Assembly (NCBI RefSeq): GCF_038025025.1 | Contig: NW_027117338.1 | Coordinates: 930,001 to 994,000 of the forward strand | Direction: 5' to 3' | DNA from: Phyllosticta citribraziliensis | Lineage: Eukaryota | DNA: 64,000 nucleotides | Shown: in pieces, positions 11,420 through 24,300 of the stretch | Position numbering within the stretch: the stretch's first letter is position 1 | How the letters are laid out: each line of letters opens with the position of its first letter | The notes under the pieces: generated by a model | What the model was told of the DNA's origin: nothing | Databases searched by the model: none | The model's input: only the letters and a program-made list of their open reading frames with translations | Translations under genes and position numbers: made by a program

Positions 11420-12621
11420 ATGGCCGACGCCGTGACGTGCTCCTCCGACAACGAGTACGATGGCCGCATGGGCCTGAGAATCTCGTCCATCTTCGTCATC
11501 CTCGTCGGCTCAACTTTGGGTATGTCCCCCTCACCTCTCTCCCTGTGCCCCGCGCCCTGACCTCTTTCTTCCCCAGGTGCTTGTTTCCCCGTCTTTGCCC
11601 GTCGACATGCTGGAGACTCGGTGCCGGAATGGGTCTTCTTCTCGACAAAGTACTTTGGCTCCGGTGTCATTATAGCTACGGCCTTTATACACGTGCGTCC
11701 CGTTTGCCATGTACGTCTTCGAGGTTACATGCTAACGTGATGCAGCTGCTGGAACCTGCCGTGGATGCTCTCACGAATGAATGTCTGACAGGCCCCATTA
11801 CCGAGTATGCCTGGGCCGAAGGAATCGCCTTGATGACCATCTTCGTCATATTCTTCGTCGAACTGATGGTGATGCGGTACGCCCACTTTGGTGAGCACAG
11901 CCACGACGACCTCGAGAAGCACCGCGAACGCGCCAACAGCCCCAGTGTCACCCGCGTCGACAAGGAGCACGAAATCGCCGTCGCCAACCCCCGTAAATCA
12001 GACCACTCCGACCACGACCACTCCCATTCCGCCATCCCGGGCCACGACCACAACGGCCACCAGCGCGAGCACACGGCCAACGAGGACTTTCCCGACTCGT
12101 GGGAAGCCGACGGCCTGGTGCCCGAAACCTACTCGGCCCAGCTCACGGCAATCTTCATCCTCGAGTTTGGCGTCATCTTCCACTCCATCTTTATCGGCCT
12201 GACGCTTGCCGTGTCCGGCGCCGAGTTCATCACCCTCTACATCGTCCTCGTCTTCCACCAGACCTTTGAAGGCCTCGGTCTCGGCTCCCGTCTCTCCTCC
12301 ATCCCCTGGCCCACTTCCAAGCGCTGGACCCCGTACGCTCTCGCCATTGGCTACGGCCTTTCGACTCCCATCGCCATTGCTATCGGCCTCGGCGTTCGTC
12401 AGTCGTACCCCCCGGAGAGCCAACGGACCCTCATCACCAGCGGTGTCTTTGATGCCATCTCGGCCGGTATCCTCATCTACACGGGCTTGGTCGAGCTCAT
12501 GGCCCACGAGTTCATGTTCAGCCCGTCGATGCGCAAGGCCCCCATTTCCAAGGTCATGTCTGCCTTTGGCCTCATGGTTCTCGGAGCGGGTCTCATGGCT
12601 TTACTGGGCAAGTGGGCATAA
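11420..12621 (+). CDS. zrfB: ZIP-family zinc transporter (Zrt1/Zrt2/ZrfB type)
   Basis: Exons 11420-11519, 11577-11692, 11746-12621. CSSDNEYDGRMGLRISSIFVIL, KYFGSGVIIATAFIH, His-rich loop, LEFGVIFHSIFIGLTL, FHQTFEGLGLG, LGKWA end. Confidence 0.95.
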
Positions 12622-14963
12622 CCTGGACAGCACATTGTTGTTGCGCGAGGATCGTTTTTTCTCTTTGTAATCTTGTTCGCTATCCTGGCTCATGACTGAT
12701 ACGATTGGTGCTACTAGACCACTTCTATTGAGCGTTTGCTTTGGATCTTTTTCCTTCGATTTTCCCTTCTCCTCAGCCTTTTTTCTTCTCTCTTCATTGA
12801 TGAGCAAAAGCAAGGACACCACCGCGGAGAAAAAGCGCGCGCGCGAACGGATAGATTGTTGATGGAACCAATGGGACGGCATGGCATGGCAATGCTCACC
12901 AAAAAGACATGTGGATAGGAATGGGGCATACTGGACGACGGGACATAATGGTCAGGCATTGTTTATGGACTGCTGGGACTCGGGGGCTAGCCTTTGACTG
13001 AGGGGCCTCGGAACGCAAGCAAAGGTCGTTTTTTGTTATGATGGATGACGGGCTCTGGTTATGGGCATGGGCTGGACTGGGCTGGGCTGGACTGGGCTTG
13101 GACGGACGCACTGGACGGATTGTGATATTTGAGATACCACTGTAGACCGAATCTTTTTTCCTTTCTTCTTCTTGATCGACACCACGGCTTCTGCAGCCAG
13201 TTGGTGATACTGGGCCTCAACTCGTCGAAAGACGTACTCTACTGTACAGTCAATTCCTACGCAACGAGCCATCGTCGGCTCAAGCAAGTGAGTGAGTAAG
13301 TGAGCACGCAAACACCAGCCGTCAAAGCATCCGAACCCCAGCTAGCCATCTACAGTAGCTCGACGTGCGCAGCCCTTGACCCTTTGGGCTTAGCAGCTTG
13401 CTTCGGCGTCTCCGCTGCTCTGGCCCCGGGTGTCGTCTTTTTCCTAGCCTAGCCTGGCCTAGTCGACCAGCCAGAACAGTCAGCTAGCTAGCTAGCCGGT
13501 CGACCAGCCGGCTGGCACTTTTCTACGCCTCCTCTTTTCTCTTTCGTGTGTGGTGACGGGCTGACGGTTGTGTCGTGTGTGGCTGGATCGAGGAAGCGGG
13601 CGTTTGAAGTGGAGGTGGAGGCGGGAGCGGAGACGGAGACGGAGACGGGGGGTTTGTGTTTGACGTCGTCCTTCCGGTTCGGTTCGGTTCCTTCGGGGGT
13701 GGTGGCTAGGTGGTGGGTGATGGATGGTGGATGGTAGATGATGGATGATGGATGATGGCTGACGGGTGTGCCTGGCGATCCTTCTCTCTTTCTTTCACTT
13801 GAAGCTATACTCGTTACTTGTTCTCCTATGTATTCTTCCCGTTGACATCACCCGCCCTCGTGAATGGTGGATAATTGAACCACCACAGTCAGTACCCGAG
13901 CGGGAACGAAAAAAGAAAAAGAAAAAATCTTGTCGTGACACGGCAGTAGTCTGGTTAGCTTTGCATGCATGCATGTGTGTTGTTGAACCGTCCCCTCTCC
14001 CCTCCTTTCCGTCCAGTCTCCAGTCGACACTCGTCCCAACGGACGACCGAGTACGTTTGCATGGCATGGCATGGTATGCATGCGCTCTGCGTCCGCCCGA
14101 GCTGCGTGTGCGTGTCGTGTCGTGCTACATATGTACACACACGGCGGGCAATACTCAAGAGCTTTGATTGACGTTCGGGGCGGCCGATTGTTCCTGGCAG
14201 CGGCGAGCTCCGGGTACACATACGCGGCATGTGAAAAGAAAAGTTGGAAGAGGGCAAAACGAAAACACAACGCGAGAAAATGAAACAGAAAGAGAAGAGA
14301 CCGTGAGACGGAGAGAAAATGCCATTGAGAAGGTACATGATCGTAATCCCATTCATCGTTCATCGTCGTCGCCGTCATGATCCATCGTAGTCGCGCCTAC
14401 GTACAGTACCTACGTAATAGCTAGCTAGGGCAAGCAGCCGTAGAGGGGGGGATATAATGTGCGCGTAAAAGACAGTACCCTTCCCATACCCATCCATCAT
14501 CCCATCATCAAGTCTTCGCCGTCCTGCTCTCATCGCAACCCTTCCTTCTCCTATCTATGTAAGGGGTTGTTTTGGTCTCCCTGGCCCATCCCCCTTGTTC
14601 TTCCCATACGTCATTCGTTGCCGTTTTTCCCTCCCGCTCTTGGTTCCCGCCGGATATTATGACGCCATACCTCGTTGCGCGTCCGCTCTTTGCAGCGATG
14701 ATACCTCGTGTAGATCTCCCCGTCTGTACAGTTTCCAGTCGATGGCTTTGTACGAAGACTGGTGGATGAAAAGAAAAAGAAAAAAATTCATGAAGGAAGG
14801 AAAAAAAAAAAAATTAGAACAAAAGTGTGGAAATGACTTGGGCTGGGTGCTGCAAAAAGAACATGCCGCCAACGCCGTCGCCGCAACTGCTGCTTGCTGT
14901 CCTCGCCGTGTCTCTTCTTCTTCTACGTCATGCCGAAGCACTTTTCCGTGGACTACTCTTCTT

Positions 14964-15678
14964 TCATACGTAGTATCGCGCCCTGCTGCTGCTGTGGTGC
15001 GAGCGCCTGGGGCTGGTCGAGTAGCCGTATTCTCGGCTGGGGCGGTGGCTGCGACGGGTGGTGTGGTAGCGCCGAACCACGACCTCGCGATCGTCGCGGT
15101 AGCGACGGTGGACCAGGAGCGCAAAGAGCTGTTTAATCGCACGTCAGCTTTTGGGATTCCTTTTGCTAGTGACGTCGTTGCTCCGCGCAACAACATCAAC
15201 AACAACTTACGAAAGTGAAAAAGAAAAAGACGCAATTCATGATGCCAAAGGCGAAGCTAGCCTTGAGCATGGCGCAGGCCTTGTTGGCGTGGAGCGACCA
15301 CTCGGAATTGGAGTTGCGGCCATAGTAGCCCAGGACGCCGAGGTCGAGGTAGAAGCTGCCGGCGCTGAAGTTGACGCAGTCCTGGTCGGCGATGCCGCGC
15401 AGCAGGACGACGCCGGCGATGAGGCCGCCCAGGAAGGCGAGGTCGACGGTCGCGACGAAGAGGGCCGAGTGGCGCGCGCGCGCGTAGGCCACCAGCGTCG
15501 CGATGGCCCAGGCGCACGCCAGCACCGACACAATGAACAACACCAGGATGAAGTCGGGCGTCAGGGCATTCTGCTCGACGTAGCCGTGGACGAACCACGA
15601 CAGCATGCCGATGATGGGGATCAGGGTGATGATCTCGGCCAGCCTGAAGGACAGGAAGAAGAAACCGGAGAGGCCCAT
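14964..15678 (-). CDS. MARVEL-like four-TM membrane protein with an Arg/Ser/His-rich tail
   Basis: Exons 15678-15211 and 15128-14964 (GTAAGT...CTGAC...CAG intron). Four hydrophobic segments; KACAMLKASFAFGIMN motif typical of fungal MARVEL proteins. Confidence 0.85.
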
Positions 15679-17238
15679 GGTGGATGATTCGACTCGACTG
15701 AAGTCGGTGAGCTGGAGCTGGAGCTGGAGCTGTAGCTATGGTCGCAGCCGGCGGCGGAGGGGTTGAGGGCAAGAATGTATAACGGAAAAGAGGTGAGGTA
15801 AGAAGGTCGTCAGAGCTGGGTAGCGTCGCGGGCTACATGTAGTGTCTGGGGGCACGAAGAAGGATGGACCCGGGACAGGGCGCAGAATCGTTCAACCATG
15901 ACGATTCGGGGCCGGAGTGCCAGGGCCTGGTTGGGCTGCACTGAGACGAGGCTGGGAGTCAGGACGAAGAAGAGGCTGGTCAGCGCCGAGCTCCATGTCG
16001 AGTGGTGACAGCTCACAGCGCGGAGGCGGCCCGCAACCAAGACCAGGAGCAAGGCGAGCAGCAGGGAATCGCAGTCCGGACGAGCAGCATTTATTGAAAA
16101 AGAGGTGCATGTCCCCAATGCCTCCTCGTGGTGCCACTGTGCCATGGCTGCTCCCATCCCGATGACAGATGCAGGCTGCCCGACGCCGTCTAAGCGAGCG
16201 ACCTCAATTCAATCGCCAGATAGACTCCAACTCTACCCTCTCAACTGGGTCGTCGCCCATCGCCCATCGCCCATCGCCGCGAGCACCAGCAATGACGACG
16301 CCTTCCATTGTCTCGACCATGCGCCGCGCTCCTCGACCCCTTTGACCTCGATGCACAGAGGCGCCGGGTCCCATGCCGCCTTATCAATGCTCTAAGGCAG
16401 TGTAACTCCTCCTGCCGACTCTGGTTTTTTTTGCTTCTGCCACGCAAGGGACTGCGACCGGGGCGTCGCTCTCCCGTCTTAATCCTCCATCCTGCCACTG
16501 TTTTCATTTCCTTCTTCACGTCGATCCTTTGCCCTGTCCTTTCCATCGCCATTGTTCGCTCGTGCCGATATACCTGTCCATCCGGCCTTGCTTCTTCTTT
16601 GTCTCAGGCTCGTGCTGCCCACGAGCAACCCACCCTCCCTTGCCGCGTCCACCTACACCTGTGCTGATTCAGACTATTTAACCTCTTAAGCGTCGCACGC
16701 GATAACTTGCGGCCCGCTGGCCAATTGCCGTTCAGCTGGCGCTCTCCTCAGCTGCCCAGACTCTGCTCCTTCAGCTTGGACAAAGCCTGTACAGTCCTTT
16801 CATAGATTCGTTTCTTTATCATACCACACGCACCCTCATTCACTTCCAAAACTTGTTCTCCTCCTCACCATCCTCTGTGTGACGCCATCCCAGACCCAAG
16901 TTGTGAGGCGGCAAAGGCTTCCGCCCGCCTACATGTCTGCTTTACGAATCGTGATCTCGCACGACATCATACACTCAGCAGTATCCGGATCTACCCACCG
17001 CCGAGACCTTGAGTGCATCACACACTCAACGCGCCGCAAACTTTCAAAAACATAGCCTCCTCCACCTTGCGACAGTATCCGCAAGCTTCCTTGCTTCAAC
17101 TGATCTCCTCACCCGCGCCTATAAGTGTGGTCCAATCCACCAACCATCGTCAGACACCTGACCTCACTCCGACTCCTTACCTTCGCCACTGTAGTCAACC
17201 CACAAGAATCCTCGAGCCGGTGGCTCCGGTTACCAGTC

Positions 17239-20200
17239 ATGTCTGGCCGAGGTGCGAACGCCCGCAAGGCTGTCAAGAAGAACATTCAAAAGACGGAGAA
17301 GAAGCACGATGGCGACGCGAACAGGCGCCCCTCTTCCCAAGCTGGTTGGCACATACCGGCGCCAAAGACCAAAGACGGAAATGCTCGCTCTGGCCGAGAC
17401 TCCGTGTCTCTTCACTCATTTCATTCCAAGTCAGGCGAGGAAGACCGCTCCAAGACGCCCACCTCCCTCCATCGCAATGAGCGCCAAACCGACAAGGGCA
17501 AGCAGTCGTCTCACCCAAGGGGACGTGGTGGCGGCGTCCCGCCCATGGTCAGAACCGGTACCGCCTCGTCTAATCGTCACAAGTCTGGCCATGACGCTCC
17601 CGGAACCCCCTCTAGCGATGCACTCTTCAGTCTATACGGAGACGACTACGAGAGCGGCGCGAACATGAAGATTTGGTCTGGCAACGGAGAACGTACTCAA
17701 CCTTGGCCTGGCTTTGCAAAAGTAAGCGCAGTTTGCGAACATGGTAGAATTATTGATCTAATTTCTGCTGCAGGACAACGACCTTAAGATGGCGTCAGGA
17801 GATTGCAACATCCGTTTTGTGAGAGTGGACGAAAGCGAACAAGAGGAAGACTACAAGGAACCACCGGTGATCATTCGCTGCCACGTCGACAAGCTGCTCG
17901 AATCTCGCAGTCCCATGCTGGCCCACTACGTCAAGCAAGGCCAACTCGAGCGCATGGACGACCGCTCTGCCCCCAGCATTGCGGAATCAGCATCATATCG
18001 CTCTCTAGACGACGACCGTCCAAGGTCGCCAACCAGTCTTGCCGATTTTGGAGGAATGCCGGCTCTTGCAGCGTATAACAGCTCCCGGTCATTGCGGTCC
18101 ACCAACAGCCGCCGTGGGGCTTATCCGCCCAGAGATGCTCGCACAGCCACTCCTTTGTCTCGCGCTCAAAGCGACATGGGATCACTGTCAGATACCATCA
18201 ACGTCCAAGAAGCTGAAATCACCTGCGACGCGTGGGTCTCAATCCCCCGCAGTCTCACGACTCCCACCGAAGTTTTCGCATACAAGATTGGCTTCAGAAA
18301 TTTCATCGCGATGCTCTACAAGAAACCTATTGTCGGAAACAAGTTGTTCGACATGCTCAAGGGACTTTTTCAAGTGTCGAAGAATCTGTACGAAACCACT
18401 CATCTCCACCGAGGATTGCCACTCCCACATCCGGCTGGAATCATTGTCGATTACATTGTGAGCAAGCGCCTAGACGACGTTCGAGGAAACATTTCCAGCG
18501 CTCTCGACCTTTTGGCCTGGTGCGAGCTTGTCGAGAAGAATTCCAAAGGCGAAGACGACGGAATCTACTGGGAGCAAGGATACACCGAGAGCTTCATCCA
18601 CGTGGTGGGCATGATGACGCCACACAATTCTGATACTCCAGAGTTCAAGAGGCTCTCGACAGTCACAAAGCATAACCTTGCCAAAGCATTCAGCGTCATG
18701 CAAATCAAAATTTTGGACGCAGAAGCAAAGCTGGCCAATTTCGAATTCCCGGAATTTCTTCAGCTTCCCAACGTTATCGCCAACAGCCCAGCTTTCAGGA
18801 GTGTCGAGTCATTCAGCAACTTTCTCAAGAACGAATTCGAAGACAAGTACTCGCGATGGCCGCCCAAGCACGACGAACGTGGCCACTGGCTTACGCGCGA
18901 CTTGGTCCGGGAGTTGCAGTTTGACTTTGGCGCCATCTACGATATTCTCGTCGACAGAGACATTGTGTGGAACGACTGTGAAGAGCGTGCCACACGCAGA
19001 TGGCAGATGACAAACAAGTCCAGCAACGCCCCGTTGGCCACGCCAGACCTCCCCGGAGTGCCCATACAGGACATTATGATCAGCTTCGACAACCAGCACA
19101 GCTACCTCCACATTCCCTACCCGTATCCGCTCATTCCGAACTACGCCCCCGCGAACAAATCTCACCAGTCCAAGAAGAAGCACCTGTTTGGCACCTTTTC
19201 CAAAAAAGACAAGACCGCACCCGCCATGGATCCGTCTGAGCAAATGAAGATTGCTTTGGCCTTTACTGAAGCCACGAATGTCAGCAAGATTGGCATGAAG
19301 TTAGCAGGTAAGTTTCATTATCTTCTTATCGGCAACGCGTTGTATGGTTTCCCACGATACTAACTTTGTCTTCAGCAAATGGCCTTCGAGATCGATTTCT
19401 CGAGTTCGAAAAAGTGTGTGCACCGACACTTGCCGATGTGCCTGCCCGCGACGCCCGTCTCGGCCGCTGGATCCTACTCTACGGGCTTCTGCAAGTGCTC
19501 TCCACATTATCCATCGACACCCAGGGCATGCGGTATACAGACAAGGTCCATTACTTTCTCTGTCCACCCCTTGACAACGTGCCCCCTTGGCCCCGCGACC
19601 AAGGTTTGCGCAGCTTCAAAGCGTACAGGTCAGAAAAGCCGATCAATCAGGCCAGTCAAGAACGCTCTCACTGCTGGCTCGCGCCTCAGGAGTGGGATCC
19701 CTCCCTCAAGACGCCATCAACGGAGCATCCGCCCAACACTCCTGAAAAGGAGGAGCCCAGTATGATATCAGAACTGGATGGACGCATCATCACAGACGAT
19801 GACCATCGCGCGCGCATAGCCAAGATTGAAGCCGAACTCCTCCGCCGCAAGCAGCAGCAAGCAGCCGAGCAGCGTATCCTTCAGCAGCCAAATCTTTCTC
19901 CGGAGGAATATCGCGGCCTGCGAGCGGAGCAGGAGCGCACACCAGAGGCGTACGAGGCCGACAAGAGGCGTTTCTACGGCATGACAGCCGCGCGCAGTCC
20001 ATACGTCTTTGTCGACGACGGCGACGAAGACGGCGTCGACCCCGGCGCCAGAGGCCGCCAGCTGAATCGCTCGCCGCTCAACTCATTCGACCGCGCCATG
20101 GAGACCACAACCCAGGCATGGCAGCGCGCCGTCTCGGTCACGGCTCCCGCTCCCATGTCGCCTCTGCTTCGCGCCCACCACCACGACCCGCGCAACCGCT

Positions 20201-20502
20201 ACGACCCGTTCCTCTTCAGCCCGCCGCTGTCGCCGCCGCCCTCCACGCCGCCCCCGGCCTTGCCGCCTCCGACTGCGCCTAGCCTGCCCGTCAAGAGTCC
20301 TCTGCGCAACAACAGCATGCGCAAGTCTGCGAATCCCTCTCCGCCTTTGGAGGAGGAGGAGCAGCAGCAGCAACAACAGCCACAACAACAGCATGTTGTC
20401 GAAGTTGCGTCGGATGACAAGGACATCCTCGGTACCAGGTATCGCCACTTGGGCTTTGAAGAGGACAACGAGGAAGTTTTGCCTGGCTACTTTGCGCAGT
20501 AG
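17239..20502 (+). CDS. Conserved filamentous-fungal protein of unknown function (~1050 aa)
   Basis: Exons 17239-17721, 17774-19307, 19376-20502 with canonical introns. Globular core motifs LYKKPIVG, RLDDVRGN, WEQGYTESFIHVVGM, RWILLYGLLQVL; Pro/Gln-rich tail. Confidence 0.85.
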
Positions 20503-21058
20503 GTTGGCGGGCGTGACGGGGTAGCCTGATGATGTGGCCAGGCCGTGTCTTGGGACGTCGGTCAGTCCAATTTGTTCAGTTTGGCTTCACGGCAGACTTT
20601 TGGTCAGCAGACGTTACCTCCTTTCAGCCCTTGTTTCGTTGGATCGAAAAGATTTGGTAACCCGGTCTGGGATTTGAATGATCTGGTATTGTAGGATATT
20701 CCCCCCTTTCGCTTTTGGGTTGCTTTTTTTCCTGGTTACTCGATATCCCTTGATGATTCCCAAGTCACGAATGGCAGCGGTAATTTCACGGCCGTACAGT
20801 ACAGCACAGCACAGCGACATAGGTAGTGGCGTAGCTATACATCCAGCCAAAGTCTGCAGTGGACGAAGCGTGGTCAGCTGCTCAAACGCGCCAGCAGAAT
20901 AGCAAATTCTCGAAATGGGAAGATATTGGTTGAAATTTCGCCATCCTCGCAAGAAGAGAATACTTTTGATAAGAGCGAGTCTATGCCACTTCTCGGATAC
21001 TGAACAGAAGACCAAGGAACATCCTACTCTCACCACTGCTCTTAGACGACTATGCATC

Positions 21059-23039
21059 TTATCGCCACTCAGCCACCGGCACCGCTGCGGCGCTCTCGAG
21101 CGCCTCTTTCCCGCCGCTCGACACGCCTTCGCCTCGGATGGCATGCTCGCCCGCCTCACTCGTCTCCGAAGTCGTCGTCTCCGTCTCCACATCGCCATGC
21201 GCCGCCTGCTTGCGCGACCTGCCACACCAATGTCAGTTACGTCAGTCCACTCGTTTCGACACGCAAGCCGCTAGGAGAAAACAGAGAATGGGACGCGTCA
21301 AAAAGAACGAGAAACAAAGGGATATTGTGAAAAGACTCACTGTCTCCGATGGATGTATAGCGCGGACATGAAGCCGGCCCACAGCAGCACGTAAAAGGCG
21401 ATGCTGGCGGGCCAGCCGGCCTTCCAACGCGGAGCGCCCCAGTCGCCTGCTGTGGGGAACAGGAGCAGCGGCACCCAGATATTGAAGCTGTAGCCGAAGC
21501 ACATCATGGCGCCCTGTGTTGAAGAGCGGAAGAGTCAGCCCGGGGGTATTTCACAAAAATTGAAAATAGGGGAAGGGGACTCACGACGACCAGAGCGCGC
21601 TCTTCGGCGTCGTCTTTGAGGATGACGTTGATCGTCGAGTACAGAATGGGGCTAGAGCAGCCGGCAAAGCCGAGCATGTACCAGGCGACGAATTTGAGCG
21701 CGTTCGGAATGTACCAGACGGTCATGCAAATGCTGGAGAAAATGCAGGCGGCTGACGAAATGGAGTAAATGGCCCACGCCGGGTATATGGCGGCGAGCGT
21801 CGTTCCAAGCCACGATGCCAATGCCGTGATGGCATACAGCGCCGTCGGCAGCTTGTTGATTTGGGGGACCGAGAAGTCTTCGGCTTTGAGCCACAGGTTC
21901 ATGTAGCCTGAGGGGTAGGCTGAAATGATCATGCAACTGTCGTGAGTCTTCAATTAGCATGACGATGCTTTTTTGAGCTGGCCGATCAGGGGGAAGGGGT
22001 GGAGAGCTGACTTACATGTAGCAAAACACAAACACGTAAATATGCCACCTCTTCAGGCTGCGGCGGAACACATCGAGGCTCATCTTGCCCGGCGGCCGCA
22101 CCTTGGCGTCCTGCATACGCGCTTTGGCAAGTAGCACATCAGCCTCAGTCAGAAACATCGGCCTTGGCGACTCAGGGATGCCAGGAAAGACAAAGTAACC
22201 GGCCAGGGCGACGGGAATGGTGAAGACTCCATCGATGATGAACAGCCAGCGCCAGCCGGACAGGCCGGCGACGCCAGACAGGTTCGTGTATGCCGCCGCC
22301 TGCAGGTACCCGCTGACCATCTGGCCCAGGTAGTTGCAGATGAACCACGTGCCCGCGCGCTTGAACAGCTCCGGCGCCTTGTACCAGCTGCCCAGGATGA
22401 AGTGCGTTCCCGCGAAGACGGGCGCCTCAGCTAGTCCAACCAGGAATCGCAGTGCGTACAGTTGGCCTGTCGTTGATGCGCGGCTTTGCGCAAACGTCAG
22501 GATGCCCCAGATGACTTCGAGTGAGGGAAGCAGCCATCTCGCTCTGTTTTGGTCAGTCTCCGTCTTTAGGGGTGACAGTTTGACTGTTCTGGGACTGAGG
22601 AGGGATGTACTTACAATTTCGGCCGCGAAATGAGCAGAAGAAACGGTATCTGGGCGATTACGTAGGCCGTGTAGTAGCAGACGTTGAAGTAGTTGAGCTC
22701 ATTGCCGTAGAGCTTGAGCTCCTCTCTCATCCCAGATGTATACGCGTTGGAAATGTTGCTTTGATCCAAGTACTTCGTGAAAACTGTCGATACGCTTTGT
22801 CAGGACCACGTGAGTTGTACAGAGGGAGCGTTCAAGTTACTAACAGCAAAGACACGCGAATATCAGGATCGATAGGTCGAGTTTGAACAGCAACCTGCGC
22901 ATGTCAGCATGTTTTCTTGAGCGACTCGATGGTAGACTCACTTGCGCTCCTCAAGCGGATACGAAGACGGATACCAATTAAACACCTCTTTGAAGACTCC
23001 GACCAGCGTCCTCGGCTGCCGCGAATCCAACTTGGACAT
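21059..23039 (-). CDS. MFS transporter, allantoate/pantothenate (Dal5/Liz1/Seo1-like) family
   Basis: Multi-exon. [68 protein letters not shown]. Confidence 0.9.
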
Positions 23040-24300
23040 TTCCTCGACGATGCTGCGCTTCAACCAAACGAGTGTGATTGAAAAACAAGTGTGATTGAAA
23101 GCCAACAGCGATTTTTTCGCGAACAGTTCAAAGAACGCTGTTAGTTTTTCTCCGGCGCAGCGATTAAAAGCGCTACGGCGACCACAGATATCTGGTACTC
23201 ATTTACATGGTTACATTTCATCACTGGTATGGCGATTGGCCAGGCGAGGCCTGGACTGTCGGGTTCGCAGACGGTGCTTGTGGGGGCAGTATCTCTCGCC
23301 TCAGCACGCAAGACCTGTGCGCAATTGCCTCATGTAAGCATTTGAAAAGTGCCGTATCCGGATCCATTTGGCAGATATCTGTAATGTAGATGAAATATTT
23401 GAGACGTAGATCTGGTAGATGATTTGTAGAGCCAAGCCATTCTTGAAGACGACAAGCCTTTTTTGACGAAAGCTTAGCCTATAGGCAATCAGCCAGAATT
23501 TTTGGCGACTATCAACGTGCAAGCCAGTATGCGTAAGCAATGGACCAAAGAAACAGTAGAAGCAGGCGTGAAACAGTTTTTCTTGTTGACAACGTGACGT
23601 GCGAGAAGTGCACTAGACGAGATACAAAATTGAAACCATACATTGGATACCCGCGTTCGGTCACATTACGACCGAAATAAGGAGTGATTGAAGCAAAGTG
23701 GTGACCTAGGGCATGTTGTGCTGCAAATTTGTCGCCTTTTCGTGACTGATTGATGTAAATGTTGACGATAGCAATCCAAAGTGATGTGGCCCAGATGATT
23801 CGCCGCAACACACAACTTTTTATTCGTAATCTTCAAGAGCGGTGCATGAAACGGATGAACGGTTAGAAAATCAGAGTGGATTCTGAGCGCAAACATGATG
23901 TTGTAAGAGGTTCCCCGCATTGCGTGCTTTGCGGTACCTCAAAACCCACCTTGGACGCATCCTTCCACCACCACCGCCCTGTCGATTCGCTCAGACTGCC
24001 TCATCGAGCGACAAACGCGTCTGCGGACTTTATAAATCAACCACCGACAACCCCGCACTCCACTTGAGCCCGGCTGGAGGGGCAATCCAGCCACTGCAGT
24101 CGCGAGAGATTATCTATGATGCCATTGCTGGGGTCCGTGGTGCCATGGTCTCTGACCACACTAGGTAATTGATTGATGTATACCTGGGGAGGCACAGTAG
24201 CACGGTGAAAGTGGGATACCGTACTTATAGCGATTGCGTCAACTGGCGACTTGGCTTGAGAATCGACACCATCTTGTCGACTCTGAACAAAACTGCAACA

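Noticed and set aside
11200..11745. N-terminal part of the 473-aa ORF as the ZIP start
   Set aside because: It reads through promoter and introns; the spliced model from 11420 restores conserved ZIP motifs.
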